From positions 2,304,001 through 2,368,000 of the forward strand of contig OY969763.1 in NCBI GenBank assembly GCA_963702845.1: DNA of 64,000 nt. The letters run 5' to 3'. The translations under genes were made by a program, and so were the position numbers. A model generated the notes under the pieces. That model did no database searches, was not told the DNA's origin, and saw only the letters and a list, made by a program, of their open reading frames with translations. The number at the start of each line of letters is the position of its first letter. The stretch's first letter is position 1. Positions 50,785-60,175 of this stretch are shown here, piece by piece. This DNA is from an uncultured Verrucomicrobiae bacterium (lineage in GTDB: Bacteria; Verrucomicrobiota; Verrucomicrobiia; Limisphaerales; Palsa-1400).

Positions 50785-53697
50785 TCACGGAACGTAAATA
50801 TCGGTTGTACTGGTGTAGGTAGGTGGGGTTGAGGCGGGGGCTACGATGGGGCTCAGGCCTCCGGCTACGAGCACTTCGCCGCTCTGCATGACGGTGGCGG
50901 TGCCGATGGTGTGGGAATTGGGCATGATTCCCCCATTGCTCCACGTAGCCGCAACCGGATCGTAAATTTCGGAGCTGTAGAGGCGACCCAAGCCATCGCC
51001 TCCAGAGGCTAAAATTTTACCATTCGGGAGGAGGGCCGCGGTGTGCAGCCATCGGGCGGTTGATAGAGAGGCTGTTGAGGTCCAATTACCGGTCGATGGG
51101 TTGTAGAGTTCGCAACTGGTCAGGAATGTGCCGTGGGTAGTGGAGTAACCGCCGACTGCTAAAGCTTTGCCATTGGGCAGAACGGTGGTGCTGAAGTAGT
51201 AACGGTCAGTGGACATCGAGCCGGTGACGGTCCATGCGCCGGTGGCTGGATCGAAGATTTCTGCGCTATTCAGAGAGCCGTTGGAGCCGTTGTCGCCGCC
51301 GGTGATGAGGACTTTTCCATTTTGCAACAGGACGGCGGTGTGGACGAAGCGGGCAGTGTGCAGGGAGTTGGTCAGCGTCCATGTGGCGGTGGATGGGTCG
51401 TAGATTTCTACCGTTGCGGTCGCGTGTCCTGAGGCCGGAATGTAGCCGCCGACGGCAAGGGCTTTTCCGTTTTCAAGGAGCGTAAGGGTGTGGAGAGAGC
51501 GATTGACGTTAAGCGAGCCGGTGTTGGTCCAGAGTGCTGTGGCGGGATCGTAAATTTCGCAGCTTGTCAGGATTGTTCCGCCGGAATCGCCGCCCGCGAT
51601 CAAGACAGTTCCGTTGGTGAGGCTGACGGCGGAGCTATAAGCGCGACTAGTGTTTAGCGGAGACGTTTCAGTCCAGTTTCCCGCGCTGGGGTTGAATAGA
51701 TCGCTGTTGTTGAGCGTGCCGTAGCTTGTCACGCCGCCTGCGATTAAAACGTTGCCGTTTGAAAGCAGGGCTGCAGTGTGCCAATCGCGTGAGACGGGCA
51801 TGTTTGCGCCGGGGTGCCAGCCGGTTTTTTGCAAACGGAAGAAGCGCATCGGGTCGGTGAAGTTGTTTGTGTAATGGAGGTTTGCGGACAGTAAATCCAT
51901 CCACGGGCCGGTGATATTCGTGGCCGTTTGCAGGACAAAGTTGGTGTCGGTCCAATTCACGACCATGCTGCTGGCGTTGTGGGTGAACGTGATGGTTGGC
52001 GCGTAGGGAACGACTTCACCCGTATTGAGTATGGCGGCGAAGTAGGTTCCAGCGGGGAATCCGGTGGGATTGAGGAACCGGATTTGGCTTAATTGAGAAC
52101 TGGTTAGGCCGGTGACGGTTGTGCCGAATTTAAGTTGGGTGTTACCACCACCGGAGAGGGAACCGTTCCAGTTCGCGATGGTGAGCGTGGCTGCGCTGCT
52201 CCAATTTTGTGAATGGCTGTCGGCAAAGGTTAGGACCGCGCTGTTGCCGGTGAAGTTGATGGCGGCGTGGTTGAGGAAGGTTTGGGTGAGGTCGCCTTGG
52301 GGCAATTCCCAATTCGTGACGATTTGGCTGGCGAGGATGAAATGGCCGAGGTGTTCGGCGACGATGCCGACGTCGAGAATGCCGGAGAGTTGGAAATAAC
52401 CGGAGTTGGTAATTCGATTGGCTTGGGGCGAATCGCCGATGGTCAATTCGGCGTCGAGTTGAATATTGCTGGCGGTCAGCGTGCCGCCAGAGAAGGTGTA
52501 GACACCCGGAACGGTCGGGCCATACAGCGCGTGTGGCCAGTAGCCGGAAAATACAAAGAGATTCGTGACGATGAAAGTGCCGCCAGTTTGTGAGATGTAG
52601 ACGGTTCCGGCGGTGTTCACAACATTTGCACAGCGGAGTGTGCCGCCGGAAAAACCCATGCTGCCGGGCGCGAACGTTGCGCCACGGATTTCGATGTCGC
52701 CGGCAATTGAAACCAAAGAATTGGCCATATCAAATTCACATGGTCCTCCAGCGCCATCGAGGATGAGATTTTTCGCAATGAGAGTGCTGCCGCTCAAACT
52801 ATAAACCATCCGAGTGCCTTCCCACGGAAAATGAAAGGCAGAGCCAGCAAGGTAAATGGCGTTGGTGACGACGGCCAATGAACCCGACTGGGCGAACAAT
52901 CCCTCGTCGCGATCATTTATTGCCAGACTTATTGAGTCCGCAAAGAGCGCGCCGCTGTTCACATGAAATTCCGAATGGCTGATGATCCCCATCTTCACTG
53001 GGCCAGTCGAGTTTGTGCCGCCTTCCTGGTCGAAATAAGAGCCGCCTTCTTGACCGTTCAGGTCGATATTGCTGGAAATGAGGAGGCCGCCATAGAGAAA
53101 GTACGGTCCATTGTACATTTCGATCGTACCGGTCGTGACTTTGCCGCTGTATTGATAAAACGGACTGTCGATCATTGTGAAGCCGCCGCATTGGAGTTCG
53201 CCGTTGTTCGTCAATGTGTAGGAACCGAATCCAGCGAGTGTGAGCCCGCCTATGCTGGCGAACCCGCCGCTTTGCAAGACCGGACCTCCTGCCAAAGCGC
53301 CATCGACAACTAAACCGGAGTTATAGATCAGAACTGGTCCGTTATCAAAGATGGCGATGTTGCCCAAAACGTGAAAGGGAACGTTGGTGCCGAAATTTGT
53401 CAGGAGCAGAGTGTTGTTGGCGCTCATCTCAACAATTGCAACTTTCATCGAATTGGACGCGACTTGGACAGTGGTTTGATCGACCGTGATGACCTTCGTT
53501 CCGTCGTTGGTGATGTCGATTATTTGTGAGCTGTTTGGAAGGATGTTGAGGGACCATGAGTTTGTATTTTCCCATTTTCCACTGGCCGGGTTGATCCAGG
53601 AATTGGTTTGCGCACGCAGGCCAGGTGTCGGAAGAACAAGCGTTAGGGTGATGAATAGAACAATTGTGAGCCATTGCGGTAACCTGCTTGTCTTCAT
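50785..53697 (-). CDS. Secreted protein: Gly-rich beta-helix-like region, internal FFRL domain, C-terminal Kelch propeller
   Basis: Signal peptide; about 7 Kelch repeats (HTAxLLxNGKVLIxGG...E.YDP...W). Confidence 0.88.
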   Translation of the reverse strand: MKTSRLPQWLTIVLFITLTLVLPTPGLRAQTNSWINPASGKWENTNSWSLNILPNSSQIIDITNDGTKVITVDQTTVQVASNSMKVAIVEMSANNTLLLTNFGTNVPFHVLGNIAIFDNGPVLIYNSGLVVDGALAGGPVLQSGGFASIGGLTLAGFGSYTLTNNGELQCGGFTMIDSPFYQYSGKVTTGTIEMYNGPYFLYGGLLISSNIDLNGQEGGSYFDQEGGTNSTGPVKMGIISHSEFHVNSGALFADSISLAINDRDEGLFAQSGSLAVVTNAIYLAGSAFHFPWEGTRMVYSLSGSTLIAKNLILDGAGGPCEFDMANSLVSIAGDIEIRGATFAPGSMGFSGGTLRCANVVNTAGTVYISQTGGTFIVTNLFVFSGYWPHALYGPTVPGVYTFSGGTLTASNIQLDAELTIGDSPQANRITNSGYFQLSGILDVGIVAEHLGHFILASQIVTNWELPQGDLTQTFLNHAAINFTGNSAVLTFADSHSQNWSSAATLTIANWNGSLSGGGNTQLKFGTTVTGLTSSQLSQIRFLNPTGFPAGTYFAAILNTGEVVPYAPTITFTHNASSMVVNWTDTNFVLQTATNITGPWMDLLSANLHYTNNFTDPMRFFRLQKTGWHPGANMPVSRDWHTAALLSNGNVLIAGGVTSYGTLNNSDLFNPSAGNWTETSPLNTSRAYSSAVSLTNGTVLIAGGDSGGTILTSCEIYDPATALWTNTGSLNVNRSLHTLTLLENGKALAVGGYIPASGHATATVEIYDPSTATWTLTNSLHTARFVHTAVLLQNGKVLITGGDNGSNGSLNSAEIFDPATGAWTVTGSMSTDRYYFSTTVLPNGKALAVGGYSTTHGTFLTSCELYNPSTGNWTSTASLSTARWLHTAALLPNGKILASGGDGLGRLYSSEIYDPVAATWSNGGIMPNSHTIGTATVMQSGEVLVAGGLSPIVAPASTPPTYTSTTDIYVP

Positions 53698-53837
53698 TTT
53701 GCTACTTCCAACACGCTGCTGAGCCTTTCCTCCGAAAGCCGAGTAGTTGACTCAATTAGCGTAAGCAGATGATTGCTGCTGCCTATCGGCAACGGCCTGT
53801 AATTGAGGCCGGAATTCCCCGCAGTGCTTCACAATCC

Positions 53838-53902
53838 GACTACTCCCACTGTCCGCCTCCCGACGCGGCCTATCTTGGATGAAGGGCGACAGTCCGAGAG
53901 CG
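53838..53902 (+). repeat. 65-bp structured direct repeat, copy 1
   Basis: 59/65 identical to 55866-55930 by manual alignment. Confidence 0.85.
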
Positions 53903-54220
53903 AACAGCAGAGCAGTCAAAAAAAGAACATGAAAACAAATAAGCAAAATACAAATAAAGAAACGCCAAGGCTCATGAACTGAATCGCACAACCCACGCCA
54001 TAGATTTGCTACCTCTGGACTGCGTGCTATTGACAAAACAACCGCCGCTCGTTTGACTCGCATCGGCTGTAGGCGATGCCAAAACTATCACCGTCCGCAC
54101 TGTCATCCCGAAGGGACCGGCTCTGACACCGACGAGCGAACAGGCTCAGTCCCGGGAAATCCAGGTATGACGGCGGAGGGAGCCTCCGCGAACTCCCTGC
54201 GCATCGCCTACAGCTTGCTA

Positions 54221-54269
54221 ACAACCCCCTCAACTTCCCTTGAATAATCACGCGCAGCTCCGTCGCAGC
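54221..54269 (-). pseudogene. Terminase large subunit extreme 3' stub, copy 1
   Basis: Reads AATELRVIIQGKLRGL; 40/46 nt identical to 57395-57440. Confidence 0.6.
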
Positions 54270-54311
54270 CGTCCGCTCTAGGTAATTCCAACGCTGATTA
54301 AATAAGACTCG

Positions 54312-55340
54312 CTATTTATGTTGGCGATACGCGGCTGAAAGCGAATAGACCCTGGCACGTAACGCGGGCAGCGGGTCATCGGACAATTCGATCCCATCCG
54401 TCAAGTGCGTCGGATCGTATACCATTTCTCTTTCGACTCCGGCACTGTCAGCCACAATCGACGTGATGCTAACCGTCCCGACCTCAATTGTCTTGCGGTC
54501 GTCAGGCCACACGAGCGAGGGATCGCTTGTGAGATCGTCAGCGTTTGGGAGTTGCACGACCAAACGGAAGTGGATCGGCCCGGTCGCCAGGCGCGTCTGG
54601 AGGTCTTGAATGAGAAAATCGGCTGTTCTGGTTTTTGCTTCGGCATCACTGAGGTCTTGCCGGCCAGCAACCGGAACAATCTGGTAGCGTCCGGCTTGTT
54701 TCACTCCATTCCTATTTACGAAAACAAATGCGTCATTCGAGAAAAACGCCTCGCTGGCGAAGCTGGCTGGCACCACGCGATTGTCCTGGACGAATTTCAG
54801 CGCGTGAGGATGTGTTCCTAAAAATTCTTCAATGGGCCATGGATGTGGTTTGCGCGGATCGGTAGCGACAACGGCTTTTTGCAGCGCGAGAAACTCTTCA
54901 CCGGTTCCTACGATGAAACCATTGTGCGACATCGCGACGATGTCTGGATTCCCACCATCAGGGAGGTTGAACCTTATTGCCATTCCGCGGGGACCGGCGT
55001 CCGGCGAGTTATCCGGAATGTAAGGATTGGGCGAGCCGTCTGAAAACCGAACTGTGATGGGCACCGAAGCGTTAAAATGAGCGGCTTTGGAGAGAGTCGC
55101 CGCCTTCGCTGAGGGCACAAAAGTTCCCTGGCATACAATGCCTTTCGCGTGGACAGGACGGGAGCCCGACGTGTTTCCGGGCGCTTGAATCATGGTATCG
55201 AAAATTTGCTGGGCAAGGTCCTGCTCCGCCAGAGGTTCAACATCTGCTTTCCGATTTGGGTTTAGTGTTGTTTTCATGAGATTCATCTTGGCGATGAGGG
55301 CTGTCCCGTGCCACTCGTTCCCATCGCGTTCATGCCGCAA
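54312..55340 (-). CDS. Catalase-related peroxidase (SrpA-like)
   Basis: RPVHAKG, VRFS, RGMAIRF, DGIELSDDP...RARVYSLS. Start probably 55277 or 55286. Confidence 0.9.
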   Translation of the reverse strand: MRHERDGNEWHGTALIAKMNLMKTTLNPNRKADVEPLAEQDLAQQIFDTMIQAPGNTSGSRPVHAKGIVCQGTFVPSAKAATLSKAAHFNASVPITVRFSDGSPNPYIPDNSPDAGPRGMAIRFNLPDGGNPDIVAMSHNGFIVGTGEEFLALQKAVVATDPRKPHPWPIEEFLGTHPHALKFVQDNRVVPASFASEAFFSNDAFVFVNRNGVKQAGRYQIVPVAGRQDLSDAEAKTRTADFLIQDLQTRLATGPIHFRLVVQLPNADDLTSDPSLVWPDDRKTIEVGTVSITSIVADSAGVEREMVYDPTHLTDGIELSDDPLPALRARVYSLSAAYRQHK

Positions 55341-55865
55341 GGTGACAGTGCTGGGCCACTTGGCAATTGCTGAATTTCCCTATTTTGAATTGCTGGAAAA
55401 AAATTCAAAAAATAAAACAGGCGCTGGTCGGGTTCCGTGGTTCGGTGTTGCGGTTTTATCATGATGGTGTTCATAAGCCAGTTCAGTTCTGGGTCGCGTG
55501 CGGTTCCCCGTCGTCGTGCGTGCCGCGTTTGCCATGGTGGCAGCCGTGGGTTTGGATGTTCATCATGGTGATGGGTTGGTCCCGGTCTTTTCCCCGTCCG
55601 CGTTTCCCGCATCGGTATCATTCGCACTGGCGCTAGTCGCCCAACGCTCATGTGACTCCAACGACCCTGTTTGCTGCCGACTCCGCAAGCTCCGCGGCAG
55701 CATACGGAAAGTCAGTTCGCTTTGCTCAATAGTGTCGAACGGGAACGCCGCTCGCCCTCTTTCCCTTCTTGCTACGTCCCTATCTATTTCCCCCTCGTGC
55801 CGCCCGCGCATTGCCCCTCGCTCACCGACACGCTTCAGCAGGGGGACAACGCGGCGCCTTCTGAA

Positions 55866-55930
55866 GACTACTTCCACTGTCCGCCTGCCAACGTGGCCTA
55901 TTTTGGATTAAGGGCGACAGTCCGAGAGCG
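55866..55930 (+). repeat. 65-bp structured direct repeat, copy 2
   Basis: See copy 1. Both are followed by AAAAAAAGAA(C/G)ATGAAAACA and later CCATAGATTT. Confidence 0.85.
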
Positions 55931-56197
55931 CGACCACGATTCGCGATAGCGAAAAACTCTTTATGGGCACCTGACTAGTGGCGGGCTTGGGAGGGCAACC
56001 TGAGGAGTTAAAAAAAGAAGATGAAAACAGAAAACACTGTAAACAAAACTGACGCTTCTCCATAGATTTTACAGATTTGCAAGGGAAATGCCTATTGGAG
56101 TCTAAAACTCGAAGTCGCTACTGTTCAGTTAGTTGACTGCTCATCCAGAAAAACCCCGCCCGATTGGCACAAAATGTGGTGAAAACATCGAAACCAT

Positions 56198-56365
56198 ATG
56201 AGACTCGGAAAATTTTCAATCGTCGCAGTCGCGTTACTCGCTATCCTGAGCACTACGTCCTATGCGCCGCCGCCTGCTTCACTGCCTGATGCTAGCAGCA
56301 CCGTGGGATTGTTGGGCTGTGCGTTTGTTGGTTTGGCAGGGTTGCGCTTCTGGTTGAAAAAATAA
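56198..56365 (+). CDS. 55-aa mini-protein: signal peptide plus VPDSG-CTERM-like sorting tail (not in the ORF track)
   Basis: MRLGKFSIVAVALLAILSTTSYA-PPPAS-LPDASSTVGLLGCAFVGLAGLRFWLKK, stop at 56363-56365. Confidence 0.75.
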   Translation: MRLGKFSIVAVALLAILSTTSYAPPPASLPDASSTVGLLGCAFVGLAGLRFWLKK

Positions 56366-56620
56366 TTAATTTCAAACCGCGGGTGGTCGTCGCACAGACG
56401 ACGAACACGGCCAGCCCGTCAAAACCGTTTATCGCGTGGGTGGCCGTATGCTAACACCTCGCGCGTGTGATGTCTGCCGAGCGAACGCTTGAACTCATCA
56501 ACGAAGCACATCCACCCGTTGAAGTAGAAGCCGCCGCAGCATAGTAGTGGCCGTACGCTAGCACATTGGCTCGCGTCCGCCCAGGGCGCGAGCCATTCCT
56601 TTTGGAGACTCACGTCGTCT

Positions 56621-56708
56621 CCAAACCTCCACGCCAGAGATTTGCAACCTTTGGACTCCGCTCTCTTTTCCCCCTATAAAACCCTCGTTCGCATATTAAT
56701 TGTTGGGC
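56621..56708 (+). repeat. attI-like leader, copy 2 (internally deleted), ending in GTTGGGC
   Basis: Matches 57477-57594; ends TCGCATATTAATT-GTTGGGC, a GTTRRRY core 9 nt before the ATG. Confidence 0.7.
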
Positions 56709-56717
56709 GAAGCATAC

Positions 56718-57380
56718 ATGCTAGCTCTTGCTAAACATTACTGGAGCCTGATTCGAGGTGCCAAGAACTGGTTTGCCTTTACCACGTGCCTTTTTCTCTG
56801 CGGCTGTCTTGCCGGTGTCGTAATGGGAATCACAAAACCAGGCCTGGCTGAGAGCGTGCTAGACCGATTGCTTGATGGCGACGCGGGTGGCGCGAGTGGA
56901 TTTGAAGATGCCATCCTTATCCTCACGAACAACTTACTGATCACATTTGTGAGTTGGTGTGGAAGTTTAGTCCTGGGTCTGCTTCCCCTCTATAAGATCC
57001 TTTCAAATGGATTCGTACTTGGGGGCATATTTGTTGAGAGCCGTCAGGAAATCCCAGCGTTTCAATTCTTTCTCACGCTCTTTCCACACGGAATCGTCGA
57101 GGTTCCGGCAATATTCCTCTCCAACACCTTTTTCTTAAGGCTTGGTGTGAGATGGGCTTTCCAGAAGAACGGAGCTGATCGGAAGCGAACGTTTGTTATT
57201 GACTTCAAAGACAGCTTTGAAGTAGCTCTCCTGTGCGTCCTTTTGTTCTTCATCGCCGCTATTATCGAATCCTTTGCGACGCCGAAAATAGTAGATGCAT
57301 TCTATCCCAAGCCGAAAGCACAAGGGGTCCAACAATGCGCTCCAGCTCATGGCCGAGGCGCGGGGACGCTCCGGCCATAG
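56718..57380 (+). CDS. SpoIIM-family membrane protein
   Basis: ILTNNL, NGFVLG, FPHGIVEVPA, IAAIIESFATP. Confidence 0.88.
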   Translation: MLALAKHYWSLIRGAKNWFAFTTCLFLCGCLAGVVMGITKPGLAESVLDRLLDGDAGGASGFEDAILILTNNLLITFVSWCGSLVLGLLPLYKILSNGFVLGGIFVESRQEIPAFQFFLTLFPHGIVEVPAIFLSNTFFLRLGVRWAFQKNGADRKRTFVIDFKDSFEVALLCVLLFFIAAIIESFATPKIVDAFYPKPKAQGVQQCAPAHGRGAGTLRP

Positions 57381-57388
57381 CTGAGCTT
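57327..57388 (+). mobile_element. Truncated integron attC site
   Basis: RYYYAAC (GTCCAAC), then AATGCGCTCCAGCTCATGGCCG...CGGCCATAGCTGAGC, a stem with two unpaired C; the terminal GTTRRRY is missing. Confidence 0.7.
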
Positions 57389-57392
57389 TCCA

Positions 57393-57476
57393 TCACAACT
57401 CCCTCATCTTCGCCTGAATAATCACGCGCGGCTTCGTCGCGCCCAGATACCGCAACGCATCCGCCGCATCGTCACC
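57393..57476 (-). pseudogene. Terminase large subunit 3' stub, copy 2
   Basis: Reads GDDAADALRYLGATKPRVIIQAKMREL-stop; DxxxDALRY is the C-terminal nuclease motif of TerL proteins. Confidence 0.7.
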
Positions 57477-57594
57477 CCAAAATCTCCACGCCAAAGATTT
57501 GCAACCTCTGGACTCCGCTCTCTTTTCCAGAAGAGCGCCTATAAAACCCCTGTTCGCCATTAAAATTATGCGAACAGTTGTCGCATATTAATTG
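57477..57594 (+). repeat. attI-like leader, copy 3 (longest)
   Basis: Contains the inverted repeat TGTTCGC-cattaaaattat-GCGAACA followed by GTTGTCGCATATTAATTG. Confidence 0.7.
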
Positions 57595-57646
57595 GTCCAG
57601 GCGACTTGCGGTGACGCGAGGCTGCAATGACACTTTATGCGCATTT

Positions 57647-58117
57647 ATGAATCCCGACATCATTCATGCTCTTAAGATCGGCGCTATCGTAGTCGCGGGG
57701 ACGATGACCGGCAGCGAACTTGCCGTGGCGATGTTCTTTCACCCTCGTATCAGCCGCCTTGACGACGCGGTGCATATCCAAGCCGCCCAGACATTGGCGA
57801 AGGTCCTCGGCATGGTGATGTCGTTCTGGTATCCGCTTACATTTCTGCTTTCCCTTGCAGTGACTTTCGTTGCGCACACGACACGAGGCACGCCGTGGTG
57901 GCTGGCACTCGCCTCAACGGCGCTTTTTGCCCTCATAAGTGTTTACTCCCTGCTCTTGCCAGTTCCGATCAACAACCAGGTTGCCCGCTGGCAGCCTGAT
58001 ACGGTGCCAGCAAATTGGCGAGCTTTGCGCCGGCGCTGGGATTTGCTTCATGCTATCCGGGTCGCCTTTTTAGTTATCGCTCTGATTCTTCTCGTTGCAT
58101 CATGTGTTTGTGTATGA
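57647..58117 (+). CDS. DUF1772 / anthrone-oxygenase-like membrane protein
   Basis: 4 TM helices, VPINNQVARW...W..LRRRWDLLHAIR. Confidence 0.85.
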   Translation: MNPDIIHALKIGAIVVAGTMTGSELAVAMFFHPRISRLDDAVHIQAAQTLAKVLGMVMSFWYPLTFLLSLAVTFVAHTTRGTPWWLALASTALFALISVYSLLLPVPINNQVARWQPDTVPANWRALRRRWDLLHAIRVAFLVIALILLVASCVCV

Positions 58118-58541
58118 ACAGCCCTGGTGCGACGCCGACGTTCGGCTCGCCGAATAAATGCAACACCTCAGCCCACATACACGCCTCCTTATGGGACCAT
58201 AGTCTAGCCGAACCGCTGCCACTGGTCTGAAAGTCACATCAGGGCACGCCTGTATTCGCGATCAGACAATCAACTAAATTATTCGGTGGAGGGAATTAAA
58301 AACCCCCGTCTGTGGTAGTTTTGCGGGTATTTTACGTGCCGAACACCAAGGCGAATCAGCGCGCCAACCTGCAACGGCGGTTTTCAAAAGCCTTGTCAAG
58401 TATTTCACTAGTCCCATAGCTTAAGCGGCGAAAGGCACTCCGCCGTTTGCTTGAAAACAAACTGCCGTTTATATTTGTCTGCGCGGTGACTTTGTCCCCA
58501 AGCGCATCGGTTTGAGGAATGTGGGATTGAGAAAGGTTTGA

Positions 58542-59291
58542 ATGATCGCGAACACAAAGGCGCTAGCCGCCGAAGACACGCTTGCACCGCCGCAACCAAT
58601 CGCGACTACGCGCACAAACGGTTTTAATGTAGTTCCGCTAACGCAAGGGAATATCCGCATTCGCGGCTACGCGCCGGAAGACAGGAAAGAAATTCGCAAC
58701 CTTTGTTGTGAAACAGGATATTTTGGCAACCCCGTCGACGCGCTTTTTCAGGATCGCGAATTATTCGCCGACCTGTTTACGAATGCGTATTTGGACTATC
58801 AACCGGAATGGGGGATGGTGGCGGAAGCCAATGGCAACGTCGTCGGTTATTTACTCGGCTCGATCGCGACGAATTTTGATTTGCTCCAAATGCGCAGCGG
58901 CTTCCACACCACCACGAAAATGCTCCTGCGCCTCGCCACCGGCAAGTATTCATCGCACCCTCGCAGTCGCCAATTCATTCGATGGCTCTTGTTCTCCGGC
59001 TATTGGGAACAGCCGAAACATCCACGGAACGCGGCGCATCTGCACTTCGACCTCGATCAAAAATATCGCGGACGGGGAATCGGACACCGGTTGTGGCACG
59101 AATATGAAAAGCGTTTGAAAGCTGCTGGCGTGAAACACTGTTACGGAGCGTTCTTTTCGCATTCAAAGCGCCGGCCTGAGACGGCCTACGCCCGCTATGG
59201 CTTTGGCGTTTACGACCGCCGCCATACCACAATGTTTCAGCCGGAGGTCATGGATCCGGTGGAAGTAGTTTGTGTTTCCAAACAACTCTGA
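58542..59291 (+). CDS. GNAT family acetyltransferase
   Basis: VVGYLLG, AHLHFDL...YRGRGIG. Confidence 0.85.
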   Translation: MIANTKALAAEDTLAPPQPIATTRTNGFNVVPLTQGNIRIRGYAPEDRKEIRNLCCETGYFGNPVDALFQDRELFADLFTNAYLDYQPEWGMVAEANGNVVGYLLGSIATNFDLLQMRSGFHTTTKMLLRLATGKYSSHPRSRQFIRWLLFSGYWEQPKHPRNAAHLHFDLDQKYRGRGIGHRLWHEYEKRLKAAGVKHCYGAFFSHSKRRPETAYARYGFGVYDRRHTTMFQPEVMDPVEVVCVSKQL

Positions 59292-59305
59292 GCAACGTCG
59301 TTGCG

Positions 59306-60175
59306 ATGAAACGAATTTTCTTCACGCTGGCAAGCGCGCGTTCGGGAACTTTGTTTCTGCGAGGTATATTTCAAAGCAACGTGCGCGGCTGCGATTGCCG
59401 CCATGAACCTTTTTTCGACTGGGGTAATCCGACTTTATTTGGCCCCGCAATTTATGACGCCCACGCAGGACGGCACGAACGCATCCGCGAACGGCTGTTG
59501 AAGAAAAAACGGTATATCGATCGATTGCCGGGAAACATTTATCTCGAATCGAACCACGCGTTTTTGAAATCAATGTACGTGGCAGCGATAGACGTGTTTC
59601 CGCAACTTGAGTTGATCCACGTCGTGCGCGATCCGCTTCGCGTGGCGAGGAGCGAAGCTTATCGGGAAGAGTGGCGGCGGCGCGTCCATGCACCATTTCA
59701 CTTCTTTAAGGGCGATGACGGCCAACGTCATTTTTGCTGGTCACTCACTGGCAACGAAGAGATTTTTCAACATTTCGAAGGCCGCAAGCTGACGCTCTTT
59801 CAGTGGTACCTGATTCAATGGATTGAAATCGAAAATCGCGCGATGGCATTTGTGCAGCAACACAACCTGCAGGATCGTTGTTTCGTGCTCCATTCACCGC
59901 GCGACTTGAACGACGCGGATAAAATCCGAACCATGCTCGAGTTTTTTGATCTTCCAACCAAGGGTGAACGCGTCGTATTGTCCGGTCGCCGTAATCAAAG
60001 TTTTGGTTATAAGGCGACCGATACATCGGATGAAGAACACCAGTTAAATGAGGTTGTCAGTAATATGCCGGAACATTATTTACAGATATTCCGGCGTGAA
60101 CCTTACCGTAATTTCGGATGGGCGAATCGATTGCGCCGGCTCGACCTCACACCTACGTTGCACCATGCGCACTAG
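59306..60175 (+). CDS. Sulfotransferase-like P-loop protein
   Basis: ARSGTLFL (5'-PSB-like), HEP, IHVVRDP..VARS (3'-PB-like). Confidence 0.7.
   Translation: MKRIFFTLASARSGTLFLRGIFQSNVRGCDCRHEPFFDWGNPTLFGPAIYDAHAGRHERIRERLLKKKRYIDRLPGNIYLESNHAFLKSMYVAAIDVFPQLELIHVVRDPLRVARSEAYREEWRRRVHAPFHFFKGDDGQRHFCWSLTGNEEIFQHFEGRKLTLFQWYLIQWIEIENRAMAFVQQHNLQDRCFVLHSPRDLNDADKIRTMLEFFDLPTKGERVVLSGRRNQSFGYKATDTSDEEHQLNEVVSNMPEHYLQIFRREPYRNFGWANRLRRLDLTPTLHHAH

Noticed and set aside
56164..56180. Sigma-54 promoter before the mini-protein (TTGGCACAAAATGTGG)
   Set aside because: The -24 box is good but the -12 GC is absent.
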